Of a DNA stretch of 64,000 bases, positions 29,630 through 39,160 are shown in pieces. The notes under the pieces are model-generated. The model worked only from the letters and a program-made list of their open reading frames with translations. It did no database searches and was not told the DNA's origin. Made by a program: the position numbers and the translations under genes. The stretch's first letter is position 1. Each line of letters starts with the position of its first letter. The stretch covers positions 48,747-112,746 of the forward strand of contig CBDCFW010000002.1 in the NCBI GenBank assembly GCA_965216465.1, given 5' to 3'. This DNA comes from Bacteroidia bacterium. GTDB taxonomy: Bacteria; Bacteroidota; Bacteroidia; NS11-12g; UBA9320.

Positions 29630-31335
29630 GGACCATTGAACTGGAACGTGCCTAAGAATTGTTCAGGTTGACCGTTTACATTTAAAAGCATTTTGACAGA
29701 ACCTGTATATACATTTGCTTCTTCATCGAATATCACAGTAATTGTACTTCCTCCTCCGGATGAGAGGTATTCTTTGCCTGCTATTCTGTCATAGAATTTT
29801 TCGAAATGAATGGAGTATGTGTCGGGATTACCTGTGGTATCCTTCCAATACCATCCAACTTCTAATCTACCTGCAGCACTTTCTGCTTTAAAATGAATCT
29901 CTTGGGTATTAAAAACGTCGAGAGTGAATTCGTCGAGGTATACATCCAATCCAATATTTGCACAAGTATAATTACAGAATTCTTCGACTTTAGTGCAAGC
30001 TTCAAGTTGACCAAGACTGACTTCGTTTGAAGTAACGTCAATATCTCCTGAAACTATATTGTTGTTATCCCTGTCAATTAACGTATAAAATATTTTAGTT
30101 GGTCTGTTTCCACAATAGTTCACCAATGAGTTAATTTTTCCATCGGTTACATTAAAAAACTTACCGCTTATGCCAATTAGGCCATTGGTAATAGGTTGGC
30201 CTTCACAGTTTAATAAAGTTCCTTCTATGCTCAGGGTTTTTTCACCGAACTTTTCAATTACTAAGTCTCCAATACCCATTTCTCCAGTGAACGGTCCAAA
30301 GTCGGCAAGATGAGCACCCCAAAATGGGTCTATACACTCTCCATTTGCTAAGAATAATTCAAGGTCTCTGTTTGCTGGCAATCGAGTTGAAAAGCTTCCA
30401 TCTTCGTTTGTGTTTACCGACCCCGCCAAACGACCTTCTGGTGTTTTTATGGATGCGATAACATTTTTAACCGGTTCACCATCGGTATCAATTAATCGGC
30501 CAGAAACAATGGCAGCAGAATTTGGAACATCATAATTCCATGTACTGAAGTGACTAACTTCTCCGATATATTTTGACCCAATTTTCGATGCCATACCTTC
30601 CTCTTCCCAAAGACCAGTTTCTTCATTAAAGTGCCAAAGCGGAATAGTCTCAGGGGCACTGGCTACCAAATATTGGGGAATTTCCGTTTCCATAATAACT
30701 GTATTGCCCGGTTTAATATTTAGATCAATATTGCCATTGCCTTTGAGCTCGACTGTAACCATGCCATAGCTGCTCAGGGTTTCAAACTCATCTTGTTCGT
30801 TTATGGCAGATAAATCACCAGGCATTTCAGAAAAAGCAAGTGGGTCAATGTAGGCAGTTTTGACCTCAACTTGGCCATTGTACGCATCTCCATTTGGCAG
30901 GATGAAAGCATTGGCAGGAAACTTAAGGCTTCCATTTACGATGGCAATAATGGCTTCGCTTGAAGAACTTATTGTACTGCTTTGTGTATTGGCCAACAAC
31001 GTGGTGAGTTGATTAATCGTTCGCGGTTTGTCTGTTCTAAATGTTCTAAACCCGTCGAAGTATCCAATTTTAGAAATCTTAATAAAATTGTGTTGACTAC
31101 CTACACTGACATTATGAAATTCATAGACTCCATGCTGGTCAGTCATGGCAACTTGATCATTGTATTCAACTTGTGCTCCAGAAATCGGTTGGTTGGTTTT
31201 GTCAAGAACCAAACCAACAATGTCTGATACGTGCGTGTCTTCCTGAGTAATAATGAGTTCTTCACGATCTTTCTTACAACCAAAGAAAAATAAGAGAACG
31301 ACTAAGGTTGAAGCGAATAGTTTTTTGATAGTCAT
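29626..31335 (-). CDS. Lipoprotein with carboxypeptidase-regulatory-like (Cna-B) domains and a VSHFSTWN-type domain
   Basis: Start at ATG 31335 (MTIKK...FFGC lipobox); QPISGAQV...TDQHGVY, LWHFNEETGLWEEEG, VSHFSTWNYD; ATGA overlap with the sigma gene. Confidence 0.75.
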   Translation of the reverse strand: MTIKKLFASTLVVLLFFFGCKKDREELIITQEDTHVSDIVGLVLDKTNQPISGAQVEYNDQVAMTDQHGVYEFHNVSVGSQHNFIKISKIGYFDGFRTFRTDKPRTINQLTTLLANTQSSTISSSSEAIIAIVNGSLKFPANAFILPNGDAYNGQVEVKTAYIDPLAFSEMPGDLSAINEQDEFETLSSYGMVTVELKGNGNIDLNIKPGNTVIMETEIPQYLVASAPETIPLWHFNEETGLWEEEGMASKIGSKYIGEVSHFSTWNYDVPNSAAIVSGRLIDTDGEPVKNVIASIKTPEGRLAGSVNTNEDGSFSTRLPANRDLELFLANGECIDPFWGAHLADFGPFTGEMGIGDLVIEKFGEKTLSIEGTLLNCEGQPITNGLIGISGKFFNVTDGKINSLVNYCGNRPTKIFYTLIDRDNNNIVSGDIDVTSNEVSLGQLEACTKVEEFCNYTCANIGLDVYLDEFTLDVFNTQEIHFKAESAAGRLEVGWYWKDTTGNPDTYSIHFEKFYDRIAGKEYLSSGGGSTITVIFDEEANVYTGSVKMLLNVNGQPEQFLGTFQFNGP

Positions 31336-31354
31336 GTTTCGTGTCTTTTTTAAT

Positions 31355-31383
31355 ATGAGCAGCTTAAATTTGAATTCGTTGCC
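31355..31383 (-). promoter_or_regulatory. Candidate ECF-sigma promoter for the lipoprotein-sigma-antisigma operon
   Basis: GGCAAC-N17-GCTCAT on the minus strand, about 20 nt upstream of ATG 31335. Confidence 0.4.
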
Positions 31384-31592
31384 CAGAATTTTCATTTTTT
31401 GTGAAGTTAGCACTTAATGCCTGCAATTCGAAATACGATTAACAAGCGGGAAAGCCAAATTGGGAGGTGGGATAGAGTTAATGGGTCAATTGAGAAGGTC
31501 GTTAGTTTGTTCATAGTTATTATTTTGACACGTGGTTTTAGAAATGGTTGCAAGCTCATCGAACAAAGAATCTCGTTATCTTTGTTTTAGGC

Positions 31593-32441
31593 ATGGCTAT
31601 TTTCACGCTGAAGACTCAAACAAAAGAATACTACGAAGACCAATTTGATACCCAAGGAGAAATTGTGGTAGAGGAGGATTTATTGGGTTTTAACGAATAT
31701 GCCAACACTGGAATCTTTAAATACAAGTCTTTGGTCTTAGAACATGTAAGTTCAGTGTGCTTTGAAGATAGCGATGGGCCATCATTGCAAATCTGGTCGT
31801 CACTCAGAGAGTTTACTTTTCAGTATGATAATGGCAAGCAATACTGCATTGAAACCATATCGAGAGATGTTTCTATTGGGTATCCTAAGTACTCCATTCT
31901 GGAAATTATTAAATTCTTTTTTGAAGAAGACATTGAGACAAAATTGCGACTGGAAGATATACGAGAAGAGCAAGAAGTTGAGACTTCAATGATAAAATAT
32001 AAAATCAGCACCAAAAGAGTGTTAGCCTACTTTTGGTATAATATTTTTATAGCGATTGTTATAATGCTTTTGTTAGCGACAGGTGAAAATGTCACTATCT
32101 TCTATCCAATAGCATTTTCAATTTTGTTGATGCATCAACTGCTAATGCTTGTTTTTTATTGGTATAAGAATCGGGGAACTCAAGTGTTTGTTGATTTTAG
32201 GAATCATAGATTACGAGTAATTCAAGATGGGAAGGATTTAAGCTTTAAACGGTCAGACGTGGACTACATTTTAACCGATATTCTAATTGGTAAAAGTGAT
32301 CAACGCCTACCCCATAATACAAAGGTGTTTCTAAAATCAGGGGAAAGGGTCTATTTAAGCTGTATCCTCATTCCCAGCGATCGTGTAATTTCTTGTTTAG
32401 ATATGAGAGGAAAATGGTTGAAGTCGGTTTTCCCAATTTGA
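31593..32441 (+). CDS. Hypothetical membrane protein
   Basis: Two TM helices in the C-terminal half; start at ATG 31593 follows a TATCTTTG -7 element. Confidence 0.6.
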   Translation: MAIFTLKTQTKEYYEDQFDTQGEIVVEEDLLGFNEYANTGIFKYKSLVLEHVSSVCFEDSDGPSLQIWSSLREFTFQYDNGKQYCIETISRDVSIGYPKYSILEIIKFFFEEDIETKLRLEDIREEQEVETSMIKYKISTKRVLAYFWYNIFIAIVIMLLLATGENVTIFYPIAFSILLMHQLLMLVFYWYKNRGTQVFVDFRNHRLRVIQDGKDLSFKRSDVDYILTDILIGKSDQRLPHNTKVFLKSGERVYLSCILIPSDRVISCLDMRGKWLKSVFPI

Positions 32442-32475
32442 TGTATTTTTTGATTGTGGCTATATTCGAACAACG

Positions 32476-32952
32476 ATGAGCAAAGTTCTGAGATACAGTT
32501 TCATTAGCATGCTGATGTTCAGCATTCAAAGTAATCTCCTCGCTCAATCCGACTCTATTTCACAACAGCAGAAAGGAAGTTTTTATGCAACAGCAACACC
32601 CTTGATTGTTTATAATACCTTGGGCATTAGCTATGAGCACAATTTGTGGAAGGCAAATAACCTTAAGCACAACAATCGCTTTAGACTGACTGCAGGGGCT
32701 AAGGTGTATACCTTTATGGGTTTTGAAATGGAGGAATTTGTCTCACTTCAGTATCAATACATTTATGGAATAAAAAACCAACTGGATATGGGTGTTGGAA
32801 TTCAGTATTATAACACCTGGGAGAATCGTTGGGTAACTGAAATGTCGTTTAATCTCGGCGGTCGTAAATTAAATAAGGATGGTAAACACATCTTCAATTA
32901 TGGAGTAGGCTATCCTGAATTGATTTATGCTGGATACGGTGTTGTCTTTTGA
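32476..32952 (+). CDS. Small exported protein, probable beta-barrel
   Basis: Signal peptide; amphipathic strands; ends YAGYGVVF. Confidence 0.6.
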   Translation: MSKVLRYSFISMLMFSIQSNLLAQSDSISQQQKGSFYATATPLIVYNTLGISYEHNLWKANNLKHNNRFRLTAGAKVYTFMGFEMEEFVSLQYQYIYGIKNQLDMGVGIQYYNTWENRWVTEMSFNLGGRKLNKDGKHIFNYGVGYPELIYAGYGVVF

Positions 32953-33023
32953 GTTGAATCCAACATCCGACGATATAAAAAGTTAGCTGATTAGACCTCT
33001 CTTTCGACAAAAATAGCTAGCTG

Positions 33024-33060
33024 AAAATAAAAAAAGGCCTTGTTTTACCAAGGCCTTTAA
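33024..33060 (-). terminator. Rho-independent terminator (probably bidirectional)
   Basis: AAAGGCCTTG-TTTTAC-CAAGGCCTTT stem with an A-tract on its left, between convergent genes. Confidence 0.8.
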
Positions 33061-33078
33061 GTTCGTTTGATGAACCTC

Positions 33079-34920
33079 TTATTGAATAATTAGTCTTTCA
33101 GTATAAGATCCGTTTTCTGTAGCTACTTTGATGAAGTAGATGCCAGATTCAAACGCTGAAACATTTATGGCTTTAAATACTTTGCTTTGATTAACATCTT
33201 CAGACATTATAGTTTGTCCATTGATGGTGATAATTGAGTAGTTTAGAACCACACCTTGGCTTACTTCGAAATCAAGTGTTAACTTGTCAGAAGCAGGATT
33301 TGGATACACATTAAATGTGTTAAAATCTGGAAGATTTCTAACCGATGCACCATTTCCTTTGCTAAAGAATAGATTATCTAGATAAATTACACTTGAACCA
33401 GTTGGTTGAGAAACCAATATGATTTGAGCCATGTTGTTAGTCGCCGTTAAACCTGTAAAGTCTGCAAGTGGAATTCTGTAATTAATCCACTGCTCTGTTG
33501 CAGGAGCATCAAATACCAATTCATGCTCAGTGTCATCTCCGCCACCAAAAGCCTGATCAGCACCAAAGTCAACAAGCTTAATTTTAAACTGCGTTGAATT
33601 TGGCGACCAAATATCGAAGTTAATGTGGTCCATATCAGATGCATCAACAAGGTTTGCACCTACAGTCTCAATACCTACAAAATCCATTGAAGAGTATTTT
33701 TTAGCGTCATTTCCATCGATTTGAACATCAGTTAAGGTAGCACTTGACCAAGGAGTTCTCCATGTGTCAACCGTTACATCAGTGTAAACTCCACTGAACA
33801 GAGATATTACATTAGCCGCATCAAAAGACGGGTCATCTGGACCAGCCATTGGTTCAGCTAAAGAACTTCCTTTACTAAAGAACATATTGTCTAAGTAAAT
33901 AACACTTGTTCCGCTTGGTTGCGATACTAAAATGTATTGAGCTAAGTTAGAAGTCGCTCCTAGACCGGTAAAGTCTGTTAATGGAATATGATAATTAACC
34001 CATTCTTCTGTTGCTGGGGCGTCGAAAACTAATTCATGCTCGGTATCATCGCCACCACCAAATGCTTGGTCCGCACCAAAGTCAACTAGTTTAATTTTGA
34101 ATTGAGTAGAATTGTGTGACCAAATATCAAAGTTGAGATGTTCCATTCCAGATGCATCAATCAAGTTGCCACCAACTGTTTCAATACCAACAAAGTCTAG
34201 TCCTGAATATTTTTTTACATCATTTCCAGCAACTTGAACATCGCTAAGGGTAGCACTTGACCAAGGCGTTCTCCAGGTATCAACAGTTACATCGGTGTAA
34301 ACATTGCTAAACATAGAAATAACACTGTCTTCATGGAACTCAGGGTCTGCAGCAGCAACAGTAGGCTCTGGAACGCTTGCAGCAGGGCTAAATGTAATAT
34401 TGTCGAAATAACAAATGTTCTCAGAGGATCTTGCTTGGAAATCCATGAAAATTACGATTTGATCATATTCTATTCCTGCTCTGGAAGAGAAATCAAAAGT
34501 TAATTCTTCCCATTCGTTGGTTTTTGTATTTGCAACCTTAATTTCACCTAAAGATCCACTATTGTTCTCAACCAGTTTAATACCAACATCGCTGATCACC
34601 GGCTTGTAAACCATTATTTTAATAGTAGAAGTATTTGCATCTAAGGTGAATTTACCAATTCCTGCCCCGTGCAACGTTTCACATCCAGCCCAAGGCTGGC
34701 CGGTCGACCTAGCAGTAAACTTAGCTACAGAATCGCTGGTGTTTGGAGCCAACTTACTGGGATTAGCGACAATCTCTAAAGCAGGGTTGTCGTCGTTTTC
34801 AAATGTGGTCCATGTCCACGAAGCTCCGTTTCCTCCAGACTCAAAGTCGATAGGAACGTTTTGCGCAAAACTTAGGCTTGATACAAGCACGAGTAGGCAA
34901 AGTAGTGTATGTTTTTTCAT
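33079..34920 (-). CDS. T9SS-secreted non-catalytic glycan-binding protein (three CBM-like modules)
   Basis: Start ATG 34920 (MKKHTLL...FAQ); one jelly-roll module plus two duplicated ~167-aa modules; CTD VYPNPASD...GIYFIKV; no GH catalytic motif seen; adjacent to the beta-glucan locus. Confidence 0.75.
   Translation of the reverse strand: MKKHTLLCLLVLVSSLSFAQNVPIDFESGGNGASWTWTTFENDDNPALEIVANPSKLAPNTSDSVAKFTARSTGQPWAGCETLHGAGIGKFTLDANTSTIKIMVYKPVISDVGIKLVENNSGSLGEIKVANTKTNEWEELTFDFSSRAGIEYDQIVIFMDFQARSSENICYFDNITFSPAASVPEPTVAAADPEFHEDSVISMFSNVYTDVTVDTWRTPWSSATLSDVQVAGNDVKKYSGLDFVGIETVGGNLIDASGMEHLNFDIWSHNSTQFKIKLVDFGADQAFGGGDDTEHELVFDAPATEEWVNYHIPLTDFTGLGATSNLAQYILVSQPSGTSVIYLDNMFFSKGSSLAEPMAGPDDPSFDAANVISLFSGVYTDVTVDTWRTPWSSATLTDVQIDGNDAKKYSSMDFVGIETVGANLVDASDMDHINFDIWSPNSTQFKIKLVDFGADQAFGGGDDTEHELVFDAPATEQWINYRIPLADFTGLTATNNMAQIILVSQPTGSSVIYLDNLFFSKGNGASVRNLPDFNTFNVYPNPASDKLTLDFEVSQGVVLNYSIITINGQTIMSEDVNQSKVFKAINVSAFESGIYFIKVATENGSYTERLIIQ
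33355..34368 (-). repeat. Intragenic tandem duplication: two 501-bp copies (33355-33855 and 33868-34368)
   Basis: Both encode VIS.FS.VYTDVTVDTWRTPWSSATL...FKIKLVDFGADQAFGGGDDTEHELVFDAPATE...VIYLDN.FFSKG. Confidence 0.9.
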
Positions 34921-34964
34921 TGCATTAATTTTTATATGTGCCATCAAAGAAAGAGAAAAAAACT

Positions 34965-34984
34965 TAAAGTACAAAACACCATAA
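34965..34984. promoter_or_regulatory. Candidate NrtR-family operator in the divergent promoter region
   Basis: GT-ACAAAAC-AC (GT-N7-AC core, 34969-34979) with AT-rich flanks. Confidence 0.4.
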
Positions 34985-35042
34985 GTATCATTTTTCCATA
35001 TATTTGTCATTATCTAGTTTATATATATTTGTCATCACAGAG

Positions 35043-35768
35043 ATGAAAAATCCACAAACCTATTTTTTTACAGAAGAGAATTCATCACTCGGTGAATTCT
35101 TAAGTTTCGGACTGTCAGTAGATTGTGTGGTATTTGGATATCACGAAGGTGAGGTTCAAGTATTATTGGTTGAACGTGGAGCTGAACCCTATAAAGGAAG
35201 TTGGGCGTTGGTTGGAGATTTGGTACACCCAAGAACAGACTTGGCAAGTTCTGCAGATCGTATTTTAGAAAACTTAACAGGACTCAAAGGAATTTTTATG
35301 GAGCAGTTTCATACCTTCGATGAAATTGACAGACACCCACTTGGTCGTGTGGTAACGGTGGGCTATTACTCTCTAGTGCAATCTAAACACTATCATCCTG
35401 TTGCATCGGCTTGGGCTAAGTCAACGCGGTGGTTTAGTATTAGAAATCTTCCTGAGTTGGCATTTGATCATCAGGTTATACTCGATCGTGGTATTCGTAC
35501 CTTAAAGCGACGTGTGCGTTATCGACCGGTAGGATTTGAGTTATTGCCTCCAAAATTTACATTAGGAGAGCTTCAATCTTTATATGAGGCTTTACTCGAC
35601 TGTAAATTTGATAAACCTAACTTTAGAAAAAAGATTCTGAAAATGAATTTAATAACTCCTTTGGACGAATATGAAGAGAATGTTTCTCACCGTCCGGCTA
35701 AGCTATATGCTTTTGACGAAGCGCAATACAATGCCCTCAGAAAAGAAGGGTTTGCTTTCGAACTTTAA
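35043..35768 (+). CDS. NrtR/AraR-family Nudix-wHTH transcriptional regulator
   Basis: SVDCVVFG, WALVG, RHPLGRVVTVGY, LAFDH, FTLGELQSLYE, NFRKKIL, HRPAKLY; degenerate Nudix box; start at ATG 35043. Confidence 0.88.
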   Translation: MKNPQTYFFTEENSSLGEFLSFGLSVDCVVFGYHEGEVQVLLVERGAEPYKGSWALVGDLVHPRTDLASSADRILENLTGLKGIFMEQFHTFDEIDRHPLGRVVTVGYYSLVQSKHYHPVASAWAKSTRWFSIRNLPELAFDHQVILDRGIRTLKRRVRYRPVGFELLPPKFTLGELQSLYEALLDCKFDKPNFRKKILKMNLITPLDEYEENVSHRPAKLYAFDEAQYNALRKEGFAFEL

Positions 35769-35879
35769 ACCGCTTTTCTTAACTCAAAGTCCATCTTTTT
35801 CACATATTAATTGTTATTTGATTTAAGGAACTATTTTTTTAATAGGTCTGTAAGCCTTGTAATGACGCGAAATTTTTAG

Positions 35880-35900
35880 ATATAGTAAAAATTACAAAAA
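35880..35900. promoter_or_regulatory. Candidate NrtR-family operator overlapping the beta-glucan operon promoter
   Basis: ATATAGT-AAAAATT-ACAAAAA (GT-N7-AC core, 35885-35895), just upstream of the -7-like TACATTCG. Confidence 0.45.
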
Positions 35901-35937
35901 GTTATTACATTCGTAGAATTAAGTTATTCTTTAAATC

Positions 35938-38900
35938 ATGTTTAATAAAATCTTACCATTCATTGTCTTGTTGAGTTTTACGCTAAATTCAACAGGCAAA
36001 AGCGGTGAAAGGTTGAACAATAATCCAAATGATTATTTAATTGCTGAACTAAATAATTCAGCACTAGTTAGCCATCCGCTTACATCACAAAATGTCCAAG
36101 TAGTTAGAACATCAAGCGGGTATAGATTAGAAGTCGATGGCAAGCCTTTTTTTGTCAATGGGATGAACTGGGATTATTTTCCAATAGGAACCAACTTCAA
36201 TTACAGTTTATGGAAGCAATCAGATGATCTGATTAAGTCAGCACTTGACGCTGAAATGTCTCTGCTTCAAAATATGGGAGTCAATTGTGTTCGTATGTAT
36301 ACAGGAGTGCCAGCAAAGTGGATCGAATACATTTATAACAACTATGGGATTTACACCATGCTTAATCATTCATTTGGTCGATATGGTCTAAATATAGATG
36401 GCAATTGGTATCCAAATACAGACTACTCCAATCCAAAAGTTCAAGAGCTGTTAATTGACGAAGTGACAACCATGGTTTCAGACTATCAAAATACACCAGG
36501 GTTACTTCTTTTCCTTTTAGGCAATGAAAATAATTACGGGCTATTTTGGAGAGGTGCAGAAACTGAAGATATTCCAATTCAAGATAGACAGTCAACAAAA
36601 GACGCTCAAAGCATGTATAAGCTTTTCAATGATGCTACAATAGCGATGAAGAAGATTAGTACTACTCGACCAATTGCAATTTGTAATGGCGATTTGCTTT
36701 TCTTAGAAATTATTGCTAGTGAATGCAAGGATGTTGACATTTTGGGTATTAATGCCTACAGAGGATTGACATTTACAGATATGTTTGATCGTGTAAATTC
36801 AGAACTTGGTAAACCCGTATTGCTAACAGAGTTTGGGTCTGATGCATTTAATGCAATTGAAAACCAAGAAGATCAAGCCTACCAAGCCGAGGTGCTTATA
36901 AGCAATTGGAAGCACATTTATGCCAATGCAGATGGTATGGGAAACAACAACAATGTTTTGGGTGGATTTACTTTTCAATTTAGCGATGGATGGTGGAAAA
37001 CGGGTCAAACCAAAGAACTTGATATTCACAACGCTCAGGCCTCATGGTCTAACGGCGGATATCGAAATGATTTTGAAGAAGGAGAGAATAATATGAATGA
37101 GGAGTGGTTTGGAATATGTGCAAAGGGGCCGACAAATGAAAGAGGAACCTACGAGCTCTATCCAAGAGCTGCATATTATGCGTTGAAGGAAGTTCACATG
37201 CTCAACCCTTACACCTCAGGTCCAGCAGCTTTAAACACAGTTCAAGAAGTTTCTGTTATGGGGGCCATGCTCAAAGCTCGTGGAGATAAGGCGGCATTGG
37301 CAGCTAATGATAAAGGAAAGTTGTATCTAAGTAACCTTCAAGCGAACTTCAATACCTACAATACAGGTGGGGATTTGATATCAACTCCGGTTAATGCTGA
37401 CCCAAGTGGCACAACATATCCATCAAATTTAGGATTTGATCACCTTCAATCTTTTAATGTTGGCGTTACCGCTAAACCTACATCAAACATGAGAGCGACG
37501 GTTCAGTTTAATGTTTTAGGGAATGTTGCAACCAACCCTATTGATGAGATTTTTTATGAAAATAGAGGAAGACCAGTAATGGTTCAAACCTTGAACGGAC
37601 CTCAACAGATTAACTCTAATAATAGAGTTCAATTGTATAGGGCCGATTACAGTTGGGATACTCGGGCCTTCAAAATGACTGGCTTCTATAGAACTGGTCA
37701 TTATCACTGGGGGTATGAAGGAGACTTTTTCGGTCTATATCCCGAAGCCAACTACGGCCCTAATATTGACATATATAACGGAAATGCACCTTTTGGTTTT
37801 GAAATGGAAGGTAAAAAGTATCTCGAAGGATTAAAATTTGCATTTGGTCCTGAATTATGGTGGGGGGCTAACCCGGCATTCTTGTTAAAGTACAGCAAAA
37901 AGGTGGCTGGTATGGACGTGACTGGAATTTTCCATGAAGACATCACACAGCGAAACAACTTACAAAGTTCATTTGCTGTGCCGGTTCCGAAGACAAGAAG
38001 AGCGACTCTAGTTGTAGCCAAAAAAATGGAGAAACTCACATTTGACCTGGGTGGTATGTGGGGTGGACAACCGCTAAATGGTAGAACTTTTCAAATTGTT
38101 AGCGAAAATGTAGTTTATGAAGATAAGATTCAGTCGAGCGACAACTTTGGAGGAAAGGTTAAACTAACCTTTAGTAGCGGACCTATTAAATGGTATGGTT
38201 TAGCATCTTATATGGGACTTGTAGCCAATGGTGGTTACGATCAAACTCAAACCTTTACAGGATGGAGATTGAAAGATATTGGAAGCGGAAATATGTACAA
38301 CGCCCTAACTGGTTTTACATACAATGTTGGTGACATTCAAATTGCACCTAACTTCCTATTTCAGAAACCTCTGGCTGGGCCAATTCCAACAACGTTTGAA
38401 GCTCCTGCTCGTCCTAGAAACATTTTAAGTGATCCTTTTTCGGTTAGAGGAAATCGAGAAACGGTCGGAGGGGAGTTATTAATTACGTATGATCCAACTC
38501 CTGCTACTTGGATGTATCAATGGGATAATGATCGAATGGAAGATGCAAAATTTGCCATGAGTACAGGCTTTGTATATCGCCATTTGCCTACAGTTCAGGA
38601 TGCTGCAATTGGTATTTTGGGTAACGGGCGTACCACTTTTGTATTCCCGGGATCTGCTCCTGCACAAGACTTGTGGGAGATGAATGTAAGAATGGTTTCT
38701 AAGATTAGTCCGGAGTTTGGAATAATTGGAAATGTTCTTGTAGGAAACGGTCAAGCAAATGGAAGTGATGAACGGACCATTAATCGTTATGGGGTTGACG
38801 TACGTACGATTTACAAAAAAATGAAACTAATCGCCATTGCTAAATTTGACGATTGGGGACCTTTTGATTATCATCGAGATTTTAACCAAACCTATCCACT

Positions 38901-39138
38901 TCAACTGATTGGAGATATTTCATTGGAAATTGGTAAACCCGATTGGTTTATGTTACCGGGTACAAAGATTGGCTTACGTACAACATATAGAACGCTAGAT
39001 CAATATTCTAACCGTTATGCACCTGCATATATGATAAACAATTCTGGAATCCTAGTGCCTGATCCAACAGCACCTGGGTTCCCAAATGGAAATGAATGGG
39101 AAGTTAGAACCTATATTCAAATCAACATTAATAATTAG
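35938..39138 (+). CDS. Clan GH-A glycoside hydrolase (GH2 TIM-barrel/GH158-like) fused to a predicted outer-membrane beta-barrel
   Basis: Signal peptide; VDGKPFFVNGMNW, GVNCVRMY, LGNENNYG (acid/base), LLTEFG (nucleophile), NEEWFG; C-terminal ~600 aa of amphipathic strands ending WEVRTYIQININN. Confidence 0.75.
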   Translation: MFNKILPFIVLLSFTLNSTGKSGERLNNNPNDYLIAELNNSALVSHPLTSQNVQVVRTSSGYRLEVDGKPFFVNGMNWDYFPIGTNFNYSLWKQSDDLIKSALDAEMSLLQNMGVNCVRMYTGVPAKWIEYIYNNYGIYTMLNHSFGRYGLNIDGNWYPNTDYSNPKVQELLIDEVTTMVSDYQNTPGLLLFLLGNENNYGLFWRGAETEDIPIQDRQSTKDAQSMYKLFNDATIAMKKISTTRPIAICNGDLLFLEIIASECKDVDILGINAYRGLTFTDMFDRVNSELGKPVLLTEFGSDAFNAIENQEDQAYQAEVLISNWKHIYANADGMGNNNNVLGGFTFQFSDGWWKTGQTKELDIHNAQASWSNGGYRNDFEEGENNMNEEWFGICAKGPTNERGTYELYPRAAYYALKEVHMLNPYTSGPAALNTVQEVSVMGAMLKARGDKAALAANDKGKLYLSNLQANFNTYNTGGDLISTPVNADPSGTTYPSNLGFDHLQSFNVGVTAKPTSNMRATVQFNVLGNVATNPIDEIFYENRGRPVMVQTLNGPQQINSNNRVQLYRADYSWDTRAFKMTGFYRTGHYHWGYEGDFFGLYPEANYGPNIDIYNGNAPFGFEMEGKKYLEGLKFAFGPELWWGANPAFLLKYSKKVAGMDVTGIFHEDITQRNNLQSSFAVPVPKTRRATLVVAKKMEKLTFDLGGMWGGQPLNGRTFQIVSENVVYEDKIQSSDNFGGKVKLTFSSGPIKWYGLASYMGLVANGGYDQTQTFTGWRLKDIGSGNMYNALTGFTYNVGDIQIAPNFLFQKPLAGPIPTTFEAPARPRNILSDPFSVRGNRETVGGELLITYDPTPATWMYQWDNDRMEDAKFAMSTGFVYRHLPTVQDAAIGILGNGRTTFVFPGSAPAQDLWEMNVRMVSKISPEFGIIGNVLVGNGQANGSDERTINRYGVDVRTIYKKMKLIAIAKFDDWGPFDYHRDFNQTYPLQLIGDISLEIGKPDWFMLPGTKIGLRTTYRTLDQYSNRYAPAYMINNSGILVPDPTAPGFPNGNEWEVRTYIQININN

Positions 39139-39160
39139 TACGAAATTTAAGAGAAACGAA

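Noticed and set aside
34921-35042. Apparent overlap of ORFs 33079-35010 and 35004-35768
   Set aside because: Better starts at 34920 and 35043 leave a normal 122-bp divergent promoter region
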